Shown: positions 39,280 to 52,662 of the stretch, in pieces
Numbering within the stretch: position 1 is the stretch's first letter
How the letters are laid out: each line of letters starts with the position of its first letter
Program-made: the position numbers and the translations under genes
Notes under the pieces: model-generated
What the model was told of the DNA's origin: nothing
Database searches by the model: none
What the model saw: the letters and a program-made list of their open reading frames with translations, nothing else
From: Octopus bimaculoides
Taxonomy: Eukaryota
Length of the DNA stretch: 64,000 bases
NCBI RefSeq assembly: GCF_001194135.2
Contig: NC_068981.1
Coordinates: forward strand, 58,125,753-58,189,752
Direction: 5' to 3'

Positions 39280-39470
39280 AGTTAACCTCCATTTTCCATG
39301 TTGGCAGAGTTTGGACAGTTTGACAGGATCCAGTGAGCTGCATGGCTGTGTGAGTTCCAATGTCAGCTATGGCATGTTTTCTATGGCTAGATGTCCTTCC
39401 TAATGCCAACCACTTTATAAAGTAGGTACTTTTTCATGCCACTGGCATTAGTGAAGTTAGTGTGTAACTT
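39280..39470 (-). mobile_element. RTE-tail/SINE copy, degenerate
   Basis: CATCATCAGTTAACCTCCATTTTCCATG..GATGTCCTTCCTAATGCCAACCAC. Confidence 0.7.
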
Positions 39471-41669
39471 GCAAGGCAGAAAAAGAATAGGGGGAAAAAG
39501 GAAAAAGCTCCCAATACTAATAACATAGGATTAAAATTATTAAATTAGGTTTCAGGTCTGTGAGGGAGCCTCATTATAAGCATTTCAATTCCCTACATCA
39601 TTTTTTTCCCCTTTTTTGACACAATATATAAGAACTTGAAATTAATAAATGTTTTCCAAATTATTATAAACAATACTTCTTTTCTGATGTTCCCCATCAA
39701 AGTTTTTTTGTAATTTTGCCAATATATACAACCTATAATATTCATTAGTTGCATTCTGTAATATTTTCAACAACAGATTCATTGATATTCAGCATTCCAA
39801 AATTTGTAAATCCCACCTAGATCAACTTTACCTTTCATTTTTTTCAAGGTCAATAAAATAAGTACCTATCATGTACTAAGTTTAATGTAATTGACTAAGT
39901 CTTTTCTCCTAGAATTGCTGGCCTTGAGCCAAAATTTGAAACAATAGGGTTGCAAGTTGGCAGAATCAATCTTTTTGGGTTTGATAAAATAAATACCAAT
40001 TGAGCACTGAGGTTGATGTAACTGGTTAACACTTTCCACCTAAAATTGATGGCCTTGGGCCAAAACTGGATATCGTCATCATCATTATTTGCAAACTTGC
40101 AAATCAAAATTTTTCCTCATGGTTGACATGAAAAATTGACTTTCAAATTAAAAAAAAATTACTAATTACCAGACAAACTTTTTCTGAATTGCCCAAATCA
40201 ATTGCAAATCATCATCATAAATAGAAAAGTACATTAGATCTTGGGATCTAGACACACTGACTGAAAACAAATTTTAAAAAAAAGAATACTTTTGGTTATA
40301 GGACTGACTGAAGAGCTAAACAACAACAATATCAACCTCTCCAATTTGTATCCTTTTTAAGACGACATACTTCTCAAAATTTTGTAAAACTCAGTTTAAA
40401 AGATTTTTCATGTTTTTTTTTTTCTTTACTGGCTTGCAAACTTGGCAATCAAAATCAAAACAACCAATCAAAAAGTGTATGGTGACTTAATCTGAAAAAA
40501 GTACTTGATACCGTCCTCCGAGTTAAATTAACAAAGCTCCTTCATATGCACCATACATAATGACAAAAGTAAAGGACTTTGTAAATGTTTTCAGTGACAT
40601 TAATTAGGGAATATATAAGTGAAGAATTCTTTTGTGAGCCAAACTGCAGCTAACAAAACTTTTCAAAGAAAATCAGTAAAATATGAATGTTCCAACTTAT
40701 CAAAAATCTTAATGCTTGACAGCAGATAAACAAGCTTTTTATTGTATGGTGTCAGAGGAAAATTTTCCATAGATACTTTGTGCATGAAGAACATATACTT
40801 AAGAGCAGGGTAATATATTAAATGCACTGAACAATAAAATGAAATAAAAAATAAAACATTTAAAAACATACAATTACAATCGTAATTACTTTTAATTTTG
40901 GTGCAATGGCAGCAATTTTGAGGAGAGTGGTTTAATCCATACCATTGATCCAGAACTTGACTAGTACTTTATTTTATCAACTCTAAAGGGATTAAAGGCA
41001 AAGTTAATCACACAGGATTTGAATGCAGAAGGTAAGAAGCCAGAAGATATACTGCAGGGGATTTTTCCCAGTATTCTAGTTGATATTGCTAGCTTGTTGC
41101 CATACACTCATAGGAAAAGCAAAGTCATTAATTAGCATTAATGATACTTAATGTCAAAGGCAAAGAAGGCATCTTTGAAATCCAAATTGCTTAAAAATTG
41201 AATGGGAGTATGCAGTGGAAAAGTGACTGATTTTTTGTGTTTCATTTTTATTATACCTCATCAGCAAAATTTAATTTTACTTTCAAATGCCAGCAAGAAT
41301 ATGTAAGAATATTCGAGTAAAACTATAGATTTCATCAAAAAGGTCTGAAGTTGTTACCATATTAGCCAAAAATCAGACATTCTCCCCTACTACATTTCCA
41401 TCACCTCTCATACAATATTTAGTCAATTTGAATTTCTGAGTTGCCTCCCCAGTGCTTGACTAGAACTAATTAGCATTAATTATTTTAATGATTTTTTTAA
41501 ACCATAGGTGTAATTTTAATTAAATTTTCCTTGTTCACTTCATTATGTTATCCTACCCCTACACTTTAGTTACATAATTGTTACATTTCAGTTGGGAGAT
41601 ACTTTGATTATTTTAAAATTAGTAAGGACTGTTCTGATTCAGAAACATAGATTAAAGATTTGTACCAAT

Positions 41670-41880
41670 AGTTGTTTAATCCCAGGTCAGCCTAAATTGA
41701 GCAGATCTCTGATCAGAGGTATTCCAGTAATGGACATCCTATTGTCTGTCAGAGTATCTAAGACTAAATTATTCAATGTAGCCTTCCTTTTCTATTATAT
41801 AATAGGGGTATGATTTGAGGCAGATTTGGTTACAGGTTGGGAAACTACATAGAAGCCATGTTATGTTCAGGGTTTTGCAA
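41670..41880. repeat. Representative of a ~200-bp dispersed repeat family (about a dozen degenerate copies, e.g. ~510-620, 8120-8300, 9085-9140 with 9420-9480, 23230-23310, 36960-37130, 43310-43500, 48835-49030, 53020-53170)
   Basis: Shared cores CCAGGTCAGCCCTGATYRAGCAGA..CATTCCAG and GATTTGAGG..ATTTGG..GCTATTTCTAGCAGGT; class not determined. Confidence 0.6.
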
Positions 41881-42075
41881 AAAGTATGAATATCACAACA
41901 TCCTGTTTCTATTCCCTGAAATTCATTGGCTCTTATTATTATGTAAGAAACTGACAATTCAGAAAGCTGAAAATCATAGGATTAAACTTTAAACATGTCA
42001 TACTTGTCAGTGTGAAAGAAGGATTTCATACAGATTCAGAATTAGTTGAATTGTAAAATAATATAATCTACTTAC

Positions 42076-42100
42076 CATTGTTTTAATTCCTTTTTACTAA
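42076..42100 (-). CDS. 25-nt coding microexon of the neuronal calcium sensor gene
   Basis: gtttttctttatcatttcag|TT AGT AAA AAG GAA TTA AAA CAA TG|gtaagt = (F)SKKELKQ(W). Strong splice sites; TG joins G of exon 4104 to give Trp; matches the FTEKEVQQW segment of NCS-1. Confidence 0.9.
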
Positions 42101-42384
42101 CTGAAATGATAAAGAAAAACAGAAGATAATAAGTTGTTAGACAACTAAAATATCAAAAGTTAAGATTTGGGTAAGATTAAAAATGATTAGTGAGCAAAAA
42201 TATTTTTAGAATATTTAAGAATATTTAATGTGTCATGTGACTATTTTGTCAATGAATATTCCAGTCATTTGATCAAAGAAACTAGTTTCCCCTTTGTATT
42301 TTAATAAATATGCATTCTGCAAATACTTGTACTTTTAGAATAACCCTTAGGTACAAACAGCATAACATTGTGACAAAGTTGGCC

Positions 42385-42610
42385 CTTGAATAATTTTGTT
42401 ACCATATTTCTGTTAAAATCTCTACCTTTGTTTCAATCAATTTTGAAATTAATTAAGGAGTTAGTAAAATAATATTATTATTAAGATGTTTGGAAATAAA
42501 TTAACAGGAAATTTTGATGAAAGGTTTTACTTTAGATTACTTTAAAACAAGAAAGTTTGTATCAAAGGGCTAAAAGCAGTTTCAGGTGGGTTGGTATCAA
42601 AAGGTTTTAA
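42385..42610. mobile_element. Second copy of the 9193-9409 MITE family
   Basis: TTTTGTTACCATATTT..CTTTGTTTCAAT.AATTTTGAAATT..TAGTAAAATAAT.. shared with 9193-9409. Confidence 0.6.
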
Positions 42611-43789
42611 ATTATATGTACAGATATGCTTTCACATAGAAGAAAGCATTAGAGAACTTAAAATATCACACAAGTGAGAATATGTTACACACTTGTCAGT
42701 ATGAAACAGGTTCAGAATTAATTGAATCATAAAATAGTTTTCATCTCTGAAATTGCACTCACAGTAGAAAATAGTTACTAAAGATGTCATACAGTGGGAT
42801 CAAACTCAAGACTCCATGAGTAGGAAACAAACTTTTAAGGATTCAGCCATGCCTGTTGCACCCACAAAATATATGTACAAACCACACATAATGAATATAT
42901 CAGTTGTTTTTACCTGAGATAATGAAGGAATAGTGGACAGGTTACTGAAATCAGCTAATAAACTGAGCAAAAAAATATTACTACAGGGATCTATTAATGA
43001 ATAATTATATTTTTAAATCAATAAAGCATTAGCTAAATTATTTATAAAATAAAATGCACTAGTATACTGACAGGTCCTATATGTGTGTGTGTACACATGG
43101 TTATAAATTAATATCATTCATTCCCAATATTCTGCAAAAAACCTGTCTGACCATAGGGAAATATTACCTTGCTTGGAAACAGGTAAGGGTTGGTGACAGG
43201 AAAGGCATCTGGCCATAAAAAATCTGCCTCAATAAATTTTGTCTGACCCATGCAAGCATGGAAAAGTGAGCATTAAAACAATGATGATGAGAATGTTGTT
43301 TATCCTGAAGCCAGTCTTCACTGAGCAAATTTATGCTCAAAGTCATTCCTATCATAACTAACTTATCTTTGTAGGAATATCCAAGACAAAACTGTCAAAT
43401 GTATTCTTTCTTTATTAAGACAGTCAAGTTTGATTTGAGGAAATATGGTTGCTATTTCTAGCAGGTCAAACAATCAATTAATGGTTCCTTCAATGGCTAC
43501 AAATATCATTTGATAAAATGGAAACCTGGATAATAGCAGTATTGCCTGAAGAAGGAGCTATGTAGAAATCTATGAACATCATGAAAATAGTGCTAAAATA
43601 ATCCTGCATCCATGGCAATCTGAAACTATATTAAGATGAATCCTTTAGAATAATCTTTTTTGTTTCATTCTCACTAAGAAAACAACCACTATCATCATTA
43701 TCATTGATGGGTGGAAAGAAATACTATGTAAATATTTGTCTCCGAGTCTTAAAATAGACAGATTTCTTTCATTTTCAGTTGAAGCTAAC

Positions 43790-44490
43790 AATCATCATCG
43801 TTTTAACCTGTTTTCCATGCTGGTATGAGTTGGATGGTTTGAGAGTAACTGGCCAGCCAGAGCTGCACCAGGCTCCAATTGTCTGTTTAGGCATGGTTTC
43901 TATGGCTGGATGCCCTTCCTAATGCCAAGCACTTTACAGAGTATACTGGGTGCTTTCTATGTGGCACTGGAATGGGTGCTTTTTACATGGAACCAGCACA
44001 GGTGGTTTTTATGTGGCACCAGCACGGATGCTTTCTACATGTCATTGGAATGGGTGCTCTTTACACAGAACTGGCATGAGAACCCTCAACATGGTACCAG
44101 CATGAGTGCCTTCAATGTGACACTAGTACCTGTGACTTCAACTTAGCACTGACATGAGTGCTTGCAATGTAGCACCAGCATGAGTGCTTTCAACATGATA
44201 ACAGCATAGGTGCTTTCCATATGACATGAAGCATGGATACTTTTTACATAGGACCAGTACAGGTGTGTTTTACATAGCACCAGTACAGGTGCTTTTTACA
44301 TGACACCAGTACAGGTGCTTTTTACATGACACCAGTACAGTTACTTTTTACGTGGTACCAGCACAGGTGCTTCTTATGAGACACTAGTATGGGTGCTTTT
44401 TATGTGGAACCAGTATGGGTGCTTTTTATGAGACACCTGTACAGTTGATTTTTATGTGACACTGGCATAGATGCTTTTTATATGAAACTG
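43790..44490 (-). mobile_element. RTE-tail/SINE copy extended by a 26-bp minisatellite
   Basis: Tail module at 43790-43945, then about 20 degenerate units like CAGGTGCTTTTTACATGACACCAGTA. Confidence 0.8.
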
Positions 44491-45632
44491 GCACAAGAAA
44501 CAACAGAATTTAGAAATTTTAATTTCCTAAGGAACAGTAAATATTTCAGAAAAATCTTAATACTGAGGAGATACCAGAAAAAATACTTTTAGCAAAATAC
44601 AAAATTTGAGCATGTTCTTGGTTCTTTTGTTTATGTCATTGACTAGTGAGGTCACCATACAGCTCATGAGACTACAAAATCCCTGGTGAGGGATGGGAAA
44701 GCATTTATACAAGGAAATGAGAATATAGTGTATGGGAGGAGGGAATGATGGAATGGGCAAACAAGTTCTTATAAAGGAGTTACATGGTTACTCATTTTTA
44801 GGAGAGTGAGAATGATCAACCATCATCATCATTGGTTTAATGTCCACTTTACCATGCTTGCATGGGTCAGATGAAGTTTATTTATGCAGATTGTTGCCAA
44901 CCCTTACCTGTTTCCAAATAATGTAATATTTCCAAAGGCTGGACATTATTTCATGGAAGATTGCAAAAGAATGACTTAATTGGCCTGAGTTTAAAGTAGA
45001 TAATACAAACATTTCATAACACACTCAGCTGAAAATAGGAAACATGGCACCTGAAGGTTAAGCTTGATGGACTAGTATTCTGTAACCATAGGAGCCTGAA
45101 GGACTGAGGCAGATTATCATTATTATTAAGACGGTGAGCTGGCAGAATTTTTAGCACCCCGGGAAAAATGTTCTGAGTTCAAATTCTGCCAAGGTCAACT
45201 TTGCCTTTCATCCTTTCAGGTTCAATAAAATAATACCAGTTACACAATGGGATTGATATAATTGACTAGCTCCCTTCATCAAAAATTTTCAAGGCCTTGT
45301 GCCTAGAGTAGAAATAATAATAATTATTATTATTATTATATATACTAAGTTATAATGAAAAAAATTTGACACTAATCTGAAAGATTACTCAGTACTTATT
45401 ATAGAGTATAAATTTAATATTCTTTAGCAAGAATAGTTTTGCCAGTGACTTGGAAGCTTTGGCCAGCTAAGCCAACATCAGACAGTCCGATAATGGCTCA
45501 GCAGGCTGAAACTTCAAAGTCACAGTCAATACTATTCTTGTTAGAGAATTATATGTATATATATATATATATAGTTGAAATTTATAAAAAAAACAAAAGA
45601 CGAAGGAAGACTGGTGTATGAACAGCAAGCCA

Positions 45633-45633
45633 A

Positions 45634-45694
<61 letters not shown>

Positions 45695-46922
45695 CGTATC
45701 AGTAAATTATAAATCCAAAAGAGAAGCACACTAAGTTATAGAGTAGTAGAGTAATTAGATAAAGATATGGGNNNNNNNNNNNNNNNNNNNNNNNNNNNNN
45801 NNNNNNNNNNNNNNNNNNNNNNNNNNNNNNNNNNNNNNNNNNNNNNNNNNNNNNNNNNNNNNNNNNNNNNNNNNNNNNNNNNNNNNNNNNNNNNNNNNNN
45901 NNNNNNNNNNNNNNNNNNNNNNNNNNNNNNNNNNNNNNNNNNNNNNNNNNNNNNNNNNNNNNNNNNNNNNNNNNNNNNNNNNNNNNNNNNNNNNNNNNNN
46001 NNNNNNNNNNNNNNNNNNNNNNNNNNNNNNNNNNNNNNNNNNNNNNNNNNNNNNNNNNNNNNNNNNNNNNNNNNNNNNNNNNNNNNNNNNNNNNNNNNNN
46101 NNNATATATATATATATATATATATATATAGGAAGTTATGTGATTAGACAATCAGTTGTAGGTGATCATGAAAATGAAGTATTACAGCTAAATGAGTCTG
46201 AGTGTCCCTTATCTTGCAACAATTAAACAGACTACTTTGTAATAGGTTACATTAAACCTTCAGTTATCTAGTGTTAATTCTTAGTTATATAAGTGTTCCT
46301 TGTTGAACTGTTTATTGCTAAATCTAAATTCTGACTCTCTGTGAATTATTTACCTCATAACACTTATTTCTTACATACCCTAACCAGTAAAATAATTGCT
46401 GTTTCATTCTCCGTTTATGGAATAACAACAGTAATAAAACACAAATGCATTCACCTCTTTGATTCTTTTTCTCTTTCAGAAATGTGATGTCTACTATTCT
46501 CAGTTACAGACAACAAATATACAGCTTTTCCTCACTTTTTTCATTCAAAAACTAATTAGATTAAATCTTTCCACATATTATTAACAAACTTTAGAGAAAT
46601 AAACTATTGAAAATCTCATATCCTGGGAAACTACTGAAAATGAATGAAGTAAAAATAGAATTTGAATAACCGTTTTTCTCCTTTTCCTGTTTTTGTATTT
46701 TACATTTTTATTTATATATTTATTTTATTTATTTTATTATTATTATTTATTTTATTATTATATTATTTCTTCTTTTGTGGGAGCACTCGTAACTATTAAG
46801 TTGGTTTCAGTGTGGTAAAATAAAAGATTCATTATTTTTTCATAGAACGTTAAAATACAGAAACACTAGAAAGTCAAAAAGTACTTTCATCAGAAGCAAA
46901 AATAATTCTAAATCAATTACTT

Positions 46923-46997
<75 letters not shown>
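45633..46997. repeat. Microsatellites bordering gaps: (TG)n(TA)n 45633-45692, (TA)n 46104-46130, (TG)n(AG)n 46922-46997; N gaps at 45772-46103 and 46998-47229
   Basis: Directly visible. Confidence 0.95.
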
Positions 46998-47714
46998 NNN
47001 NNNNNNNNNNNNNNNNNNNNNNNNNNNNNNNNNNNNNNNNNNNNNNNNNNNNNNNNNNNNNNNNNNNNNNNNNNNNNNNNNNNNNNNNNNNNNNNNNNNN
47101 NNNNNNNNNNNNNNNNNNNNNNNNNNNNNNNNNNNNNNNNNNNNNNNNNNNNNNNNNNNNNNNNNNNNNNNNNNNNNNNNNNNNNNNNNNNNNNNNNNNN
47201 NNNNNNNNNNNNNNNNNNNNNNNNNNNNNGAGAGAGAGAAATAGAGAGGGAGAGAGAGAAATAGAGAGGGAGAGAGAGAATCTGTATAGTTTAACATAGT
47301 TCCTAAATCAATTTGAAGCTTGAATCAAACCATTAATAGAAACAAGTGAAATGTTGGTAATCATAGTCACATGTGATCAGACATGTGATTCTTCACATGT
47401 ACACAATACAGATAATATGCTAACATCTACATATAAACCTAGAAGCTAAAAAATTAGTACCATTTTTTCAGTTGACTGCTTCAAAATGTACCTGCTGAAA
47501 TTTCTTTCAACCACAAGTTAATCAAAGATACTTATGAGGAAAATATCAAATTTGATTATATTACGATAAAGGGTAGCAATTTTTATATATTTTTATATTT
47601 CTTCTGCGTAACAGTATGAAGGGCTTGTACTTTAGTAATAAATATTTGACAATTCAACATGACCCCAAATATATAAATACACACACACACACACACGTGT
47701 GTGTCAGTGTGTGT

Positions 47715-48165
47715 ATGTGTGTGACTGAAAGACAGACATAATGGTTTGGGATTCAGTTCTACTGCATGATACCTTGGCAAATGTCATATACAGTAACCCT
47801 GGGCTGACCAAAGCTTTTCAAGTGGATCTGGGAGACAGAAACTGGAAGAAGCTAGTCAAATATGCATATGAGTGTAAGTGTGTGCGTGTGTGTATGTGTG
47901 TCTTTTTCTTTTAACATTGCATGCTAATTGTAAACAATCTTCACCATCACACAACCAATGTTGTGCATTTGCAACCTACCATGAAAAATATGTCCAGTCA
48001 CTGAGCTACTTTGTGTTCAATAGATGAGCGAAGACATTATTTTACTTGGAAAAAGATTAAGGACAAACAACAGGAAGCACATCAGCCGTAGAAAATCTGC
48101 TCAACAAATTTTCTCTGACCCATGCATGCATGGAAAAGTAAAAGTTAAAATGTTGATGAAGATGA
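47715..48165 (+). mobile_element. Composite SINE (head + TG tract + tail)
   Basis: Head GGATTCAGTTCTACTGCATGATACCTTGGC..CTGACCAAAGC and tail GAAAATCTGCTCAACAAATT..GACCCATGCATGCATGGAAAAG. Confidence 0.72.
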
Positions 48166-48324
48166 AATATATATATATATATATATAAGACAATGGGATA
48201 GAAATATGGTTGGTAGATAGTTAAAAGATTTAAAGGTTAGCATGACAAAATTTAAAGGTGAGTTAGTAGCAGAGGGCATTGTTTTAGAGGTATAAGAAAT
48301 AGAATAATAAACTTTCAGAAAGAA

Positions 48325-48745
48325 CATTATCATCAACATTCTAATGTCTACTTTTCCATGGGCTGGAGAGAGTTTACTGAGGTAGAGATTTTTCTGCAGC
48401 CAGATGCTCTTCCTCTTGCCAACTCTTACCTGTTTTTATAATAAAGGTGATATTTCCCTATGACCAGACATGTTTCACAGAAAATTCAAAATGAACAACA
48501 TTCATTTATAACAATCATGTGATGCCAAGACAAGGAGACACATACAGACATTTACACATACATATATAAACAACAGGTTTCTTTCAGCTTTCATCAATCA
48601 AATCCATTTACAAAGGTTTGGTCAACCTGAGAGCTATAATAGAAGACACTTGCCCAAGGTGCCACACATCATACAGTGGGAGTGACGCCAAACCATGTGG
48701 TTGGAAAAGCAAACTGCTTAACTACACAGCCACACCTGCACCTTA
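48325..48745 (-). mobile_element. Composite SINE, inverted relative to 47715-48165
   Basis: Reverse tail at 48325-48540 and reverse head at 48580-48745 (AGAAGACACTTGCCCAAGGTGCCAC..AACCATGTGGTTGG). Confidence 0.78.
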
Positions 48746-49372
48746 CAATTAAAAAAAATTCCTTGTAGTAGCAGATAATGACCATTCTAAATTATTAATA
48801 CTGGAGATAGTTCTAGTTAAAATAGTAGTATTTATTATTTAACTCCAGGTCAGCCCTGACCCAGCACACTAATGGTAGAGAGCTTTCCTGCTCTAATCAT
48901 CCCACCTTTCTCTCAGATATACCTATTATATTTTTTAAACTGTCCCTTCCCATTTCAAAACAGAAAGGTATAATCTAATGGAGATTTGGCAACTATGTTT
49001 TGCAGTTTAACCAACCACATAAAGGATTACTAATCAATATAATGAAAGAAATTTGAGAAGCTGTAGGTAACAAAGAGTTTCCATGTAATTGTGGTGTGAA
49101 ACTTGATATTGAGAAATAAGTGAGTTTAGAAAGTGGCCGGGTACTAAATGTATTAAGTAGGAGAAGTAGCTGTACTAGTATGGACAGGTGATGAAAATGA
49201 AAATGTCTTGTTAGTTGAAAATGGCAGTGGAGCTACAGATTAAGGGTATTCATGACAGAAGTGAGAAAAGGTGATGATATTAGTCAATTTGATATCAGCA
49301 CAAACCTGTCTGAGACTACCTCAGTCTCTATGATACACAACCTAACATAAAACACTTGATTGTAATTATATA

Positions 49373-50632
49373 TTGGGGCATCCCATAAATAATGCAGTTT
49401 TTTTTCAATTGCATGAACTAAAAAATAGAGTGGGGTGGGATAAGCTACCTGCATCAACTTGCTATAAAAACAGGTTGTAATTTTACCTTGTCCTTATTCT
49501 TAGTGCAAGTTTTGAAGAGTGCAGTTCGATTTTAACAGATTTTCAAAGATATAATAGAAGTGACAAAGGAGCATATTCAGCACATTGTGCTATACAAAGT
49601 TCAATAAAGGCAACAATGCAATGGAAAATGCCAGGAATATTAATAAGTGTAAGCCAGTGTCAACAGTAGTCAGAAATTCCAAGCTGAGAACTACAGCCTA
49701 GATGAGCCTCATCCCGGAAGATCTGTAGTGCTCGATAAGGACGTCCTGCAAATCCTGGTGGAGCAAAATCCCATTGTGACTGTTGAGGAACTAGCAGAGC
49801 AGCTTGGATTTTGTCATTCAACCATTCATCAATACTTGCGTGTCATCAGAAAAGTCAGTAAATTGGGTCAATGGGTTCCTTACAAACTTTCCAAGTCTAA
49901 TCACACGCAGAGAGTGAATGTGTGATCTTCTTTGTGGTCACACCTCATGAATGAACCTTTTTTGGACCAAATAGTGACTGGTGACAAGAAATGGGTTCTC
50001 TGTAAAAATGTCAAGCACTGAAGACAGTGGGTAGAGAAAGGAGAAACACTGGCACCCCAGGCTAAAAAAGGCCTTCACCCACGTAAAGTGTTGTTATCTG
50101 TTTGGTGGGATATGAAAGGTTTAGTCCACTTTGAACTTTTAAACCTAAACCAAATGATAACAAAGGAGATCTAGTGTGAGCAGCTTGAGTGGCTTAAGTC
50201 AGCATTAGAAGAAAAACAACCATCTTTGGTTTCAAGATGAAAGGTGTTCTTCCATTAGGATAATGCTCAGCCACATACAGCGAGGATGACATTCCAAAGG
50301 CTGGAGGAGTTTGAATGGGAAACAATGCCCCACCTACCATATTCGCTGGACATTGCCCCATCTGATTGTCAATTTATTCCGCAGTCTTCAAAATCATTTG
50401 GACGGAAAAAATATGAATTCTGTAGACAAGGTTAGAACAGTACTGGAGGAGTATTTTTCATCACAGACAAGTGAATTTTGGAAGAGAGGCCTTGCAAGTT
50501 TACCAGATAGATGGAAGAGCATTGTAGAAAATGAAGGAGAGTATATTTTAGATTAAAAAAGAACTTTGTTTATCTTAATTTTGAAAAATAACAGAAGTAT
50601 AAAAAAACTGCATTATTTATGGGATGACCCAA
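49373..50632 (+). mobile_element. Full-length 1260-bp mariner (different subfamily), defective DD34D transposase
   Basis: TA|TTGGGGCATCCCATAAATAATGCAGTTTTTT ... AAAAAACTGCATTATTTATGGGATGACCCAA|TA; WVPYKLS, VTGDKKWV, DNAQPH-x-PYSLDIAPSD with 34-residue spacing; several stops and frameshifts. Confidence 0.95.
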
Positions 50633-51899
50633 TATAAGAGCTTTTTGATAAATTATATTCAAAACAAGTGTCCCAATAAGTTATTTTATTAAATTCATCC
50701 AAAACCTTGGTTTATTTACAAATGTATTTTAAACTGAAAGACAATGTAGTTTTATTAGAAATCTGATCACAAACAGATTAAATAAAGTTTCACACTTCAC
50801 AGATGGGAGGACATGAGACTAAAGTGAAGTAAGATATGCTGTGCTGCAGTATTTTCCAAAAGCTGTCAGCATGGAAAAAAGAAAAAAAGGATGTGATGAG
50901 CCAATAGAAATAGCAGTCAAATGCCCATCAAGCCACACCCTATCATTTTCAAATCAGATACCCTAGATAAAATAGTTTGGAGTACACCATTGCCAACGTA
51001 AAAGTAAAAACACCCACACACAAGGACAATCATGAATTATATTTAAGTTCAAAAGCATCTAATCCACATCTGCTTTGCTAGTCTGATTTGGGACTAAACA
51101 ACAATAATAATAATTGATATGAAAATGATGAGGATAATTACAATTTGTTATTGTCATTCCGCATAAACTCTGCTCAAAAGACAATTGTTTACACTTCTCT
51201 CTCCACTCCAATATATTTTAGTTTTCACCTGGTTCTGTTTAATTTATGAGTTTATGTTTGGTTTCATATATTTGCTAATTCCTAGAACATGCTTTCTCCA
51301 AACATATCATGAACATTGTTCTACATTGACTTTCCATGCTGGCATGAGTAGAACAGGTTACCATAGTTGGAGTCAGCACAAATTGGGGTAGCTGCTCACT
51401 CATGCAGTTCATTTTTCACTTGTTTCTATGGTTGGATATCATTCCTAAAACAAACTATTTTACAAAGTGTACTGAATGTTTATTGTGACACCAGCACTAG
51501 AGAGGTAACCATATCCTCAACCTGACTAAACAGACCTCATGAACCCAAGTCTTTGTTCACTCTTCATCTTTACAGAGAGAGAGGTATGAGTGATAGAGAC
51601 ATGAAAGATAAAGGCATGAATGATAAGAAGCATGTGTAATGACTTCAGATGAGTGAGAGAAGAGAATCAAGAATATGATGGCAAACAGTGTTCAATGGAT
51701 TTATAACATGTAGTGCAGGAGGGGAGAGTGAAGGAAGATGTACTGAGCACAAGTAGTCTAATATGGTCCCCTACACCACATTGGGATAAGCAGGAAAGCT
51801 GAATGACAAGGATGATAAGAAAGGGTGTGATAGGGAGATGAATGGGTATCAAAGTGTTGAGGAAGCAGCAATAGTAGATTTCATCACACACACACATAC

Positions 51900-51934
<35 letters not shown>

Positions 51935-52149
51935 CACCCAAATATTTCGTATGTGTGTGTGTGTACATACACAACAATATAACACAATTATACATATGCA
52001 GGTGCTACCATTGGTTTCATATAATAAACTAATGATAGACTGCATATCAATAATTGTGTTATATAAGTCAACAAACATTTAGAGAAATCTGCTTACGTGA
52101 ACAGTGAAATATTTACTTTATTATAACAGTATATGTGTACACCCATGCA

Positions 52150-52575
52150 CACATACATACAAAGGCATGGCTGTGTTGTTAAGAAATTTACCTTGCAACC
52201 ATATGGTTTGCAGTTCAATCCCACTATGTGGTACCTTGGGCAACAGTCTTCTACTAGATCCCCAAGCTGACCAAAGCCTCCTGAGTAGATTTGGCAAATG
52301 AAAATTAAAAAACAGTCATTGTATTTATACATGTATGTGTGTGAATTCATGTCTCCTTGTTTTGGTATCAGATGTAAATTGTTCATTTGCAATCTTCTGT
52401 GAAAACATGTCCAGCTATTGTACTGTTTGCATTTGAAGAAATATTGCCTTGCTTGGTAACAAGTGAACGTTAGGGACAAGAACACCCTCCAGTTGTAGAA
52501 AATTAGCTCTAATGAGTTTTGTGTCAGCCATGTAAGCATGGAAAAAAATGTATGTTAAAATGATGATAGTGATAC
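52150..52575 (+). mobile_element. Composite SINE followed by (CA)n at 52574-52660
   Basis: Head GGCATGGCTGTGTTGTTAAGAAA..GTTCAATCCCACTATGTGGTACCTTGGGC; tail CTTGCTTGGTAAC..GCATGG..TTAAAATGATGAT. Confidence 0.78.
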
Positions 52576-52588
52576 ACACACACACACA

Positions 52589-52662
<74 letters not shown>

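Noticed and set aside
43947-44490. CRISPR-like array
   Set aside because: Units are contiguous degenerate tandem repeats with no unique spacers, in eukaryotic DNA with no cas genes.
45699-47297. Long ORFs containing X runs
   Set aside because: Open only because of N gaps and flanking dinucleotide repeats.
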